From a virus (taxonomy: Duplodnaviria > Caudoviricetes): 64,000 bases of DNA. The stretch spans positions 1 through 64,000 of the IMG/VR virus record IMGVR_UViG_3300037484_000776, one strand, 5' to 3'. The notes under the pieces were generated by a model. The model had not been told where the DNA came from and made no database searches. It worked only from the letters and a program-made list of their open reading frames with translations. Both the position numbers and the translations under genes were made by a program. Shown here in pieces: positions 9,096 to 16,780 of the stretch (positions are counted from its first letter, which is position 1; each line of letters starts with the position of its first letter).

Positions 9096-9787
9096 TGTCA
9101 CGTATACAAAGAGTGCAGCAGCCACTGATACGAGGGAGTCTCGTTGGAAGGTGGCTGTGTGGTGCGAAAGATGTAAATGACTATAGCGAGACCGGGAACA
9201 ATGGAAGCCTAGTTGGTTCCCCGACTTGGACTGACGGAAGACGCGGGCCGATGCTGACGTTAAATGGCAGTGACCAGTCTGTCAGTATTCCAGACCATGC
9301 GTCTATGGAGATAGGGGCTAGTGATTTTACAATATGTGCGTGGATATACCTGACTGGGTATTCATCCAGCTACTCAGGGGCTTATGGGGCGGCCATTTTG
9401 GCAAAGGACTCCAATATCTCGGCTGACCGCTCTTTTGCCTTTTATTGTTTTGGCACAGCCAGTTCTTGGACTAGAACTGCCGTGCAGTTATTTGATACTT
9501 CTTCGAATACAAATAATAACTTTACTGTTTCTTTGGCCCTTAATACACTGTACCTTTGTGTGGCTAGGAGAATATCAGGAGTGGTATATCAAAGCGTAAA
9601 TGCAGGAACGCCAGGTTCTGAAGCAAACACAAGAACTGTGCGAAACACTGCAACAACAGTAAAGATAGGTCAGCTTGGACACACAACATATCAATATTGG
9701 TTTCCTGGAAAACTGTATGACGTTCGCCTCTATCTTCGTGGATTATCTGATGACGAAGTAGCGGCCATTTATAGAGGACAAGGATAA
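9095..9787 (+). CDS. LamG / concanavalin-A-like jellyroll protein
   Basis: DYSETGNNGSLVG, FTICAWIY and FPGKLYDVRLYLRGLSDDEVAAIY match the LamG-like pattern; TGATG coupling to the upstream gene. Confidence 0.85.
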   Translation: MSRIQRVQQPLIRGSLVGRWLCGAKDVNDYSETGNNGSLVGSPTWTDGRRGPMLTLNGSDQSVSIPDHASMEIGASDFTICAWIYLTGYSSSYSGAYGAAILAKDSNISADRSFAFYCFGTASSWTRTAVQLFDTSSNTNNNFTVSLALNTLYLCVARRISGVVYQSVNAGTPGSEANTRTVRNTATTVKIGQLGHTTYQYWFPGKLYDVRLYLRGLSDDEVAAIYRGQG

Positions 9788-10446
9788 TGGATTATACGCA
9801 CAATCTTATCATAACCCCACTCCCAGCATGGGTGGAAATAAGTGGAGTACTCTATCAGCCTGAGGCTTTAACGGCTGATCAACTCTCTGAGCAGGGATGG
9901 CTCAGTCTTATATATGACCCAGAAGGGGAGCCACTTGGTTATGCGGCACCTGTCGCAGAGACTCGGGCTGGGGTTCTGGTTGCAGTCGCCTATGCTCTTG
10001 GAACCGTGGCCGAGAGGTTAGCGGCAAAGGCTAGAGCCCTTCAAAAAGAAAAGAACCAAGAGACAAAGGACCTTGTTCAGCGAGCACAAACAACCATAAA
10101 TGAACTTCTAGGTCTCTCAGATACATCTGATGATCTGCTCGGGAATGCCGTTCGTTCTATGGTACGGGCGATAGTTAATAAGCTCGCAACTGATGCTGGG
10201 TTGTCGGCGAATGTGACGAACGCGGAAGCTAAGGCAGCCGCTATAGCAGCGGACCCGATCTGGGATCGTCTTGACCAGACAGGCCGGGCACAAAAGGCGA
10301 TGAAACAGGAGATCGCTGCTCTGACAGATGCGGTGATAGCTGGGACTGCTACGTTGGAAGATCTTGTGAGGTATTCGGTTACAGTGGCGGCCCTTATTCG
10401 TCTTGTTCCAGAATTGGGGTTGTGGCTTAATGAAGCAGATATGTGA
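9787..10446 (+). CDS. Hypothetical protein, possible fibre assembly chaperone
   Basis: 219 aa, helical, translationally coupled to the fibre module. Confidence 0.6.
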   Translation: MDYTHNLIITPLPAWVEISGVLYQPEALTADQLSEQGWLSLIYDPEGEPLGYAAPVAETRAGVLVAVAYALGTVAERLAAKARALQKEKNQETKDLVQRAQTTINELLGLSDTSDDLLGNAVRSMVRAIVNKLATDAGLSANVTNAEAKAAAIAADPIWDRLDQTGRAQKAMKQEIAALTDAVIAGTATLEDLVRYSVTVAALIRLVPELGLWLNEADM

Positions 10447-11081
10447 AGAGCGGCAGTACCATGACTATTAGAGGAACGCTAAATAACTTATCCACGCTAC
10501 AGAAAACTATAGAGGAAGTGGTTACTGTTAGTAAAGAAAATGCTTTATATCTTAAACAAGTAGCTGAAGAAATAAAGTCTCTTCAAAAGATAAATATTAA
10601 AGCAGAATCTACGGAAATTGTAGCTGAAGCTAGGTTTATCAAGTTAGAGACGGTTGTACAAAATATAACAGAGATAGCTCATGGTCAGGCTGTAAATTTG
10701 AAGGAACTGGCGGAAGACATACAGGTATTAACAAAAGGTGTATCTGACCATGTTACATCTACAGCCAAGACTAACTGGAGTACTCTAGCTTCCTGGTCCG
10801 CAGTCGTTCTTACCTTTGTTTCACTTGCCGGTTTCGGCTTTGTACGAGACATTGGCAAGTTAGAAGACTCATATAAGACCGTGCTTTGGGAAGAAGTTAT
10901 CCCTTACTTGAGAGAGGGGCATGTCCCTGTATTGTCGGCTAAAGTAGAGGAGATAGATTCAAGATTGGCACGTATGGATACAAGGATCACTTATGAAGTG
11001 GATAAGCTAATGTCTTGGTATAAAGAGCAGAACGACTTTCTTGAAAGTCTGCATGAAAATGGGCAGCTTAAGAAACAGTAA
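10443..11081 (+). CDS. Coiled-coil membrane protein
   Basis: Heptad-rich N-part plus one hydrophobic segment (WSTLASWSAVVLTFVSLAGFGFV); start 10443 or 10461. Confidence 0.7.
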   Translation: MKSGSTMTIRGTLNNLSTLQKTIEEVVTVSKENALYLKQVAEEIKSLQKINIKAESTEIVAEARFIKLETVVQNITEIAHGQAVNLKELAEDIQVLTKGVSDHVTSTAKTNWSTLASWSAVVLTFVSLAGFGFVRDIGKLEDSYKTVLWEEVIPYLREGHVPVLSAKVEEIDSRLARMDTRITYEVDKLMSWYKEQNDFLESLHENGQLKKQ

Positions 11082-11105
11082 AACTCTGTCACACAGGAGA
11101 TTAAA

Positions 11106-11399
11106 ATGAAACTATTGGTTTACATTCCCGCGGTAGTCTTATCGTCAGCTCTTTTATTTGGTTGCGGAACTACTACTGGAGAGCGAACTGCCTCTGGAGC
11201 CTTGCTTGGTGCAGGCACTGGGGCGGCCATTGGCTCCTTTAGCGGTAACGCTGGCAAAGGGGCTGTCATCGGAACAGGTATAGGGGCTCTTGGTGGGTAT
11301 CTTTACGACCAAGATGTTAACAGTCGGTACAGGAGCTCCTACCCGTATAATAGCGGCTATGGGTATGAGAACCCTTATAGACGTTCTTATGGTTATTGA
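11106..11399 (+). CDS. Glycine-zipper lipoprotein
   Basis: Lipobox LLFG-C20, then GALLGAGTGAAIG...GAVIGTGIGALGG glycine zipper; AGGAG RBS. Confidence 0.85.
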   Translation: MKLLVYIPAVVLSSALLFGCGTTTGERTASGALLGAGTGAAIGSFSGNAGKGAVIGTGIGALGGYLYDQDVNSRYRSSYPYNSGYGYENPYRRSYGY

Positions 11400-11409
11400 G
11401 GGGTTAAAA

Positions 11410-11670
11410 ATGAAGGTTCTTACTGTCTTAGGTGTTCTAATGGCTGTGGCTATTTCCGGCTCTACGGCAATTGCTAAGGATACGGATCGCTACCCAGGGG
11501 GACGTGCACAGATCTATAAGGAGACTTGTGGTGATCTAGTACGTCGCCGTGAGAGGGAGTTGAAGCGTTATTATGAGATACAGATGGAAGCGTTGAGGGG
11601 TGAGCTTCGTCGTCCTGAGAGTCGGTATCGGGATAGGTATGATGACAGGAGGCGTGGAAGTGAAAGGTGA
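11410..11670 (+). CDS. Small exported protein, Arg-rich C-terminus
   Basis: Start reassigned to ATG 11410 (GAGG RBS); Sec signal MKVLTVLGVLMAVAISGSTAIA. Confidence 0.7.
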   Translation: MKVLTVLGVLMAVAISGSTAIAKDTDRYPGGRAQIYKETCGDLVRRRERELKRYYEIQMEALRGELRRPESRYRDRYDDRRRGSER

Positions 11671-12079
11671 TGAACCCTTTAGAGGGTTAGCCCGCCGGGT
11701 CAATGGCTGGTATAATGACCTGAAGAACAGACAGGAGGTCTACCTGCTTTTGCAGGGTTATGTTACCATGGTAGCACTTAAAGGGTAACCATCAGCAGCC
11801 TCAAATCTATCTAAATCTACGCCAATCTGTACTTTTGGCAATAGATACTAATCCATTGCTATTCAATAGCGATTCGCTTACAATAGCGTTGGTAGAGAGC
11901 TTTCATTGGGCGATAACCAAGCTCAATGCTTGAAACCTAGTCTGGACGCGCTCAAGCCGGACTTTAAACGCGCATCGGAGTCTTGTTAGACCATCAGCTT
12001 GCTGGTGGCTTAGGCGTTGATGGTGCGAATAGATTTGCCTGAGTTTAGATTTGGGCAGATTTTTATGAGCGGTATGTAC

Positions 12080-12385
12080 ATGAACCAGAAAACAAGCCTT
12101 GAGATCCTAATGGGGGATGCTCTTGAAGCAGAACCCGCTTCCACCACTCCCGCTGAAAAACGGGTTTTTGAAGAACGGCTAGACGATGTTTTAGCTCCTA
12201 AGCCTTGGTATACCTCTAAGACCGTTCTTGGGGCGGCAGCTTCCATCATCTGTGTTGTTGCCTCTCTGTCTGGTATTGTTCTGGACTCTAATGTAGTCCT
12301 TGAGATTCTCTTATTGCTGGTCAGTGCCTCTGGTTCGGCCTTCTCCATTTACGGTCGATTTAAAGCCCTGCATCCCATTGAATAG
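12080..12385 (+). CDS. Holin-like membrane protein
   Basis: KPWYTSKTVLGA...two TM segments...SIYGRFKA, a pattern common in phage holin-like proteins; start uncertain. Confidence 0.65.
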   Translation: MNQKTSLEILMGDALEAEPASTTPAEKRVFEERLDDVLAPKPWYTSKTVLGAAASIICVVASLSGIVLDSNVVLEILLLLVSASGSAFSIYGRFKALHPIE

Positions 12386-12396
12386 TAACAATTAAA

Positions 12397-12443
12397 GTAG
12401 TTTAAACTACCTCTCGACATATTTGTAGGGACTCCGTTAGTTT
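12397..12443 (+). promoter_or_regulatory. Perfect 14-bp palindrome abutting a putative sigma70 promoter
   Basis: GTAGTTTAAACTAC (12397-12410); TCGACA (12414-12419) - 18 bp - TAGTTT (12438-12443). Confidence 0.4.
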
Positions 12444-12530
12444 GAATTGTGCACTCATCCTGTGTGCAATCTGTTGAACGGCCAGATACTGCCGTTTGTC
12501 ATCCCTATGTTTAATTTGAGGGTTATGTTA

Positions 12531-12911
12531 ATGCGTACTCTTATCGTTGCCGCTGCTATCGCGGCCCTTCCTTTGGCTGCCTCTGCCGATTACCTCGACA
12601 TCTTTGCTGGTAATGCCCAGTCTGCGGCTGCTTCTGAGAGCGTTTCTGGTGGATTTGCTACTGGTGATGCTGCCGTTCTTAACGGTAACAACAGCTATGC
12701 TACTGGAGGTTCTCAGTCGGGTGTGGCTATTGACTCTCTGGGCAGTGTCAATGCGACGACCAACAACTATGCATCGTCTGGTTCCAACGGTTACACTGCA
12801 ACCCAAGAAGGCTTTGGGTTTGGTAATACCGCGGTTGGTTTCAACTTCGGCCAGGCGGCCGGCGCTGGCCAGTCTCAGGTCGGGTATATCGGCGGTGCTT
12901 GGTCCTTCTAA
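12531..12911 (+). CDS. Secreted low-complexity (G/S/A/N) protein; candidate fibre or amyloid major subunit
   Basis: Signal peptide MRTLIVAAAIAALPLAASA; 107-aa mature chain with no K, R, H, C, P or M; GAGGG RBS. Confidence 0.8.
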   Translation: MRTLIVAAAIAALPLAASADYLDIFAGNAQSAAASESVSGGFATGDAAVLNGNNSYATGGSQSGVAIDSLGSVNATTNNYASSGSNGYTATQEGFGFGNTAVGFNFGQAAGAGQSQVGYIGGAWSF

Positions 12912-12944
12912 AGAACAGGTCTGAGTTGTACTTAGGCTGAGTTC

Positions 12945-12974
12945 CAAAACCCTGTCAGAAATGACAGGGTTTTG
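12945..12974 (+). terminator. Intergenic hairpin (partial terminator or mRNA stabiliser)
   Basis: CAAAACCCTGTCA-GAAA-TGACAGGGTTTTG perfect 13-bp stem. Confidence 0.75.
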
Positions 12975-13001
12975 ACTAACTTAAATTATTTGGGGGTTTT
13001 A

Positions 13002-13664
13002 ATGAACAGGCGTCTTCTTGTAGTCATGGTTTCTTTGCTTGTGTCAGGTAGTGCTTTTGCTGGCATTTCTTCAGAGAATGACAGTATTGCGCTCTCCAGT
13101 TCTGTGTCTAAGTCAGTAGCGGCCGGGGGTAACCAGAGACAAGGGCAAGGTCAGGGTCAGGGTCAGGACCAAGGTCAAACGCAAGGGATTAACTACGCTC
13201 CTTCATCTTATGTAGAAGGTGTTGATCTAAGCAAGACTGTCCCAGCCTTTGTGCTTCCAGGTCTAACTGCTGGGTCCAACCCGTGTGCCCTTAGTGTTAC
13301 TGCTGGTGGTAGTGGAGCTGGTTTCGGGTTTGGAGTTGGCTGGGTGTATCAGGACCAAGATTGCGGCGTTCGTGAGAACATGCGTATAGTTGGTGGCATG
13401 TTGCGAGCCAACAATAATCCGAACGGGCAACTGGTCATGAAGAATATCATGTGTCAGTCATCCAGCATGTGGAAGGCTATGGAGTTGTCCTCTATAGAGG
13501 GCGGCGCTAAGAACCTCCGTTGTATCAACGAGCAACCTGGTATTGGTAGTTACGTTAAGTTGCGTAACAACGGGGAAGTTCCAGCAGTAACTTCTAAACT
13601 GCGCGGCGCTTCTTCCAAGAGTAGCGATCCTTCTTCCCCCTCAGCTGGGGCTTTTGGGTATTAA
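13002..13664 (+). CDS. Secreted protein with QG repeats and a 4-Cys domain
   Basis: Signal MNRRLLVVMVSLLVSGSAFA; QGQGQGQGQDQGQTQG; P-x-L-T-A-G-S-N-P-C...D-C...C-Q pattern that I recall from uncharacterised phage and bacterial proteins. Confidence 0.8.
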   Translation: MNRRLLVVMVSLLVSGSAFAGISSENDSIALSSSVSKSVAAGGNQRQGQGQGQGQDQGQTQGINYAPSSYVEGVDLSKTVPAFVLPGLTAGSNPCALSVTAGGSGAGFGFGVGWVYQDQDCGVRENMRIVGGMLRANNNPNGQLVMKNIMCQSSSMWKAMELSSIEGGAKNLRCINEQPGIGSYVKLRNNGEVPAVTSKLRGASSKSSDPSSPSAGAFGY

Positions 13665-13667
13665 GCC

Positions 13668-14090
13668 ATGAAGAAATCAGTACTGGTCGTCGGGCTGCTT
13701 AGCGTTATGACTTTGGCTTTGGCCGGTCAAGATGAGGTGTATTTTGCTCACGACAAGTCCACCACTTCAGACAGCGTTCCAGACCTTCGTGGTTTGGATG
13801 ATCCAGTTGTATTTGTAGGTAATACCAGTACTCCGGGGTCTGATGCTTACAACGACCGTCTCGGTACTCGCAGAGCTGTTTGGACTGCAAGGAAGAGTGG
13901 AGCCCTTTATCCGTCGGTTGTATCTCTTGGTGAAACCTATGCTACCGGGAATCAGGCGTTTGATCGTCGAGTGGATATTGTTTCTCCCTACGGATGGTGC
14001 AATACTATCAACGCTCACTTTCCCTGTACTAGTGCTTATGGACTGAGCTACATGTTTAATATTCCACAGGAAGCTCGTGTAGGAAACTAA
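13668..14090 (+). CDS. Secreted OmpA-like C-terminal (peptidoglycan-binding) domain protein
   Basis: Signal peptide, then VYFAHDKS, VGNTSTPGSDAYNDRLGTRRA, SLGET and DRRVDIV, matching the OmpA_C consensus. Confidence 0.8.
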   Translation: MKKSVLVVGLLSVMTLALAGQDEVYFAHDKSTTSDSVPDLRGLDDPVVFVGNTSTPGSDAYNDRLGTRRAVWTARKSGALYPSVVSLGETYATGNQAFDRRVDIVSPYGWCNTINAHFPCTSAYGLSYMFNIPQEARVGN

Positions 14091-14305
14091 GCTCTGTGAA
14101 ACGTGTCCACTAAAAGGACAGACTGCCAGGAACAGACTGGCATTCAGGTTCATGGCTAGGGTCGGCATAGCTGTGAGGCGGTTCGTTCTCTATAGCCGGC
14201 GTCTTCTCTTATCATGGTACCACCATGAAAAACTGTAGAAAGATTGCCGTTAATATAACGGTAGATGACTCTCTCTCCCGCAAAACCCATCGTGAGGTGC
14301 TCAAA

Positions 14306-14524
14306 ATGGCGACTAAAGTGTCTGAACTGGCGGCTGCTCTGGCATCAGTCCACAGCCTACTTGGTGAGGGTATTAATGAGGTCCTGGCCAAGATCCAGGA
14401 GTTGGAGGATGCCTTGGTTAACGCCAGCATCCCTGACGAGGCGCAGACTGCGTTGGATGCAGTGAAGGAAAGTGCTCAGGCACTGGCCGATATTGTTCCT
14501 AATGTGCCTCCAGTGGAATCCTAA
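14306..14524 (+). CDS. Small acidic coiled-coil protein
   Basis: Start reassigned to ATG 14306 (GAGGTG RBS); MATKVSELAAAL...AQALADIVP. Confidence 0.7.
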   Translation: MATKVSELAAALASVHSLLGEGINEVLAKIQELEDALVNASIPDEAQTALDAVKESAQALADIVPNVPPVES

Positions 14525-14592
14525 AGACTCCTAGAGTGTAAACAGGCCCAGAGCATATCTCACTGTATATGTTCTGGGCTCTAACTAAATAG

Positions 14593-14808
14593 GTGAATAA
14601 TGTGGAAAACGATGTAAATCTTAATATCGGCGATAATAACCTAACGGTTGTTATTATTCAAACCCAAAAAGCCCGGATGCTTTCTCGCCTTACTCTTGAA
14701 TATTTTGATTTCAAGAATGAGTTGGCAAACGAAGTAAACCTGTCGTTTGTTGAGGCTCTCACGGATGGAGTCCGTAAGTTCGCTTCGTCTAAGGCACAGC
14801 TTTCTTAG
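14593..14808 (+). CDS. Hypothetical protein
   Basis: 71-aa GTG-start ORF in operon orientation. Confidence 0.45.
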   Translation: MNNVENDVNLNIGDNNLTVVIIQTQKARMLSRLTLEYFDFKNELANEVNLSFVEALTDGVRKFASSKAQLS

Positions 14809-14894
14809 ACCTTAAGGTAAGGCATCCCTTGTCCTGCTGCTGTGTTAATAGCACAGCAGCAGCCATACACGTATACCATATTTTTAATATTCTC

Positions 14895-15284
14895 ATGAAC
14901 CTGAGAAAAGTTGTTTTTGTTTCTTGCACGCTACTTTTTGCAAGTTTTGTCGTTCAGGCAGAGGAGTTGAAGAGGTTGGGTGACTGTACCTTAACTACTG
15001 TGACCATAATCACTCAACGTTTGTCAGACAGTCAGACTGGAGAGGTGATACCAGAAAGTGGGTCAACCATTTTTCTCTCTAACGGAGTCATATTAACCGG
15101 GTATAACACGGTTCCTGGGATAGAGCATTCTCGTTTAGGAGACCCCGTTTATCTCTGTTTAGTAGGAATCCCAGAAGACTGCCCTCCAGGGGATGATCGA
15201 GGTAAGGTGTATCAGGCTACCAACCTTAGTACTAACGAGACTTGGACATTGCCTGACAGTCCACACAGTTGTGGAGGGGCTTAA
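14895..15284 (+). CDS. Secreted 4-Cys protein of a bacterial-type family
   Basis: Signal MNLRKVVFVSCTLLFASFVVQA; GDPVYLCLVGIPEDCPPGDDRGKVY...WTLPDSPHSCGGA motif, which I recall from bacterial hypothetical proteins. Confidence 0.75.
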   Translation: MNLRKVVFVSCTLLFASFVVQAEELKRLGDCTLTTVTIITQRLSDSQTGEVIPESGSTIFLSNGVILTGYNTVPGIEHSRLGDPVYLCLVGIPEDCPPGDDRGKVYQATNLSTNETWTLPDSPHSCGGA

Positions 15285-15285
15285 G

Positions 15286-15372
15286 ATGGACAGAGCCATG
15301 CGGCTTTACTTGTTATTTTTAGCTGGTATTTTAGCTTCCTCGATAATCGCTACGCTGATATTGGGAACTTGA
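15286..15372 (+). CDS. 28-aa single-TM peptide (not in ORF track)
   Basis: Hand-translated MDRAMRLYLLFLAGILASSIIATLILGT; fills the gap between neighbours. Confidence 0.45.
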   Translation: MDRAMRLYLLFLAGILASSIIATLILGT

Positions 15373-15387
15373 TATTGGAGTTATCTT

Positions 15388-15735
15388 ATGAGGAGATCGG
15401 CATCCTTCTTGGTTGTATCGGCTTTCTCTGTTGCAGCCAATTCTTCACCATTCGTGGTATCAGATTCAACTTCTTTTACTCCAGCCCCAACCAAGTGTGG
15501 TTGGACTTTGGACGCGACGGCAAAGGTCCCTATCCCTGTGGCGTTGGATTCCACGGGTAAGCCATACTGTAAGTACGATCTGGCAGCAGTTTCTAACGGG
15601 GCACACACAATCTCTGCAACCTTCCAAGTTGACGACCCTATACATGGGTTGCTGGAGAGTGCACCGTCCTCGGTGCTAAACTTTCAAATTCCGCAAGATC
15701 CTCCAGTACCGATAGGTTTAAGAGTTATTAAGTGA
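15388..15735 (+). CDS. Secreted small beta-sandwich (Ig/Fn3-like) protein
   Basis: GGAG RBS, signal-like N-terminus, 2 Cys, CKYDLAAVSNGAHTISA...PPVPIGLRVIK. Confidence 0.7.
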   Translation: MRRSASFLVVSAFSVAANSSPFVVSDSTSFTPAPTKCGWTLDATAKVPIPVALDSTGKPYCKYDLAAVSNGAHTISATFQVDDPIHGLLESAPSSVLNFQIPQDPPVPIGLRVIK

Positions 15736-15866
15736 GATATGCAAGATTAGGCGAAAGGTCGGAGGTTAGCTGTACGCCCTCAGATAAGTACTTAAACGTA
15801 AGGCTTTAACTATTTTTTAAAAGATAGTATAATCGGCCGACCGTTTAATTTATCGAGGGCCTTACA

Positions 15867-16064
15867 GTGAGGGAAGTTTATCCTTACCTTTTTGGTTTGC
15901 TGAAAGAGCCATCCACATGGAGGGCTCTTATTATCCTGCTAACTTTGTGTGGTATTGTCGTCTCACCTGAAGAAGGGGAGAAGATTATTGTTGGTGGTGT
16001 TGCTTTGGTAGGGGTCTTAGGGGCTGCCATTAACAGTAAAAAGAAAAATAGCGCAGCTAACTAG
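15867..16064 (+). CDS. Holin-like protein
   Basis: LKEPSTWRALIILL...SPEEGEKIIVGGVALVG two-TM pattern common in phage holins; basic C-tail; TATAAT at 15828-15833 upstream. Confidence 0.75.
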   Translation: MREVYPYLFGLLKEPSTWRALIILLTLCGIVVSPEEGEKIIVGGVALVGVLGAAINSKKKNSAAN

Positions 16065-16075
16065 GGAAAATCATA

Positions 16076-16645
16076 ATGTCTGATACTTCTTTAATAGAGG
16101 GGGTAGAGTTTGAAGTAGTTACCGATACCGCCCCTCATTTTGATATCAGTGTAGAGATCCATAGAATTCGTCAACGGATCGGTTACCTAGAGAGGCTTAG
16201 GTCAAATGATCAACGGAAATTTGATGAAGTGTCTGCATGGCAAGATAAATATGCCAGGTCACATCGGGACATGGTGGCTACTTTAGAGCAGTTGATAGAC
16301 CAAAGCCTGAACTTTCCGAAAGCCATAAGCACACTTAAAAACGCCATTACCGCCCTCACTAAGACGGTAGAATCCCAGGTAGAGGAGTCAGCAAAATGGC
16401 ATGTTGAGTTGTCCAGACTTTATGTTGAAATGGTAAGTGCTATTTCAAACACAAAAGATGACGTTTCTGAGACGACCAAGATAGTTAAGGAGCACGAGAA
16501 GAGGGAATCAGTTATCACCAAGACTGTTGTAGTCCTTTACTCTTTGCTTTCTGGGGCTGTTACTCTGGCACTTATAGGGCTTTGGGATGCTACGTTGTGG
16601 CCCAGAGTAAAGGGAGCAGCAATTGTGTTACTGACTGGGGTGTAA
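16076..16645 (+). CDS. Coiled-coil protein with C-terminal TM segment
   Basis: 189 aa; heptads followed by VVVLYSLLSGAVTLALIGLW. Confidence 0.7.
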   Translation: MSDTSLIEGVEFEVVTDTAPHFDISVEIHRIRQRIGYLERLRSNDQRKFDEVSAWQDKYARSHRDMVATLEQLIDQSLNFPKAISTLKNAITALTKTVESQVEESAKWHVELSRLYVEMVSAISNTKDDVSETTKIVKEHEKRESVITKTVVVLYSLLSGAVTLALIGLWDATLWPRVKGAAIVLLTGV

Positions 16646-16780
16646 TACCCATGATTATGCTATGCTCTTCATTAGACGGAAAGCCTGTAATATCAAGGAT
16701 CTGTGCTCTTCCAATTAAGAAAGTAGTCTGTAATGAACGGCGCTCTGCGTTGACAAGAAAACTTAAAGTTGTAAAAAGAT

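Noticed and set aside
6171-9787. Diversity-generating retroelement acting on the fibre genes
   Set aside because: No reverse transcriptase and no TR/VR pair differing at adenines seen in the window
14090-14224. Riboswitch or tRNA in the gap after the OmpA-like gene
   Set aside because: Two short hairpins only; no c-di-GMP, cobalamin or tRNA consensus (no TTCGA T-loop or cloverleaf)
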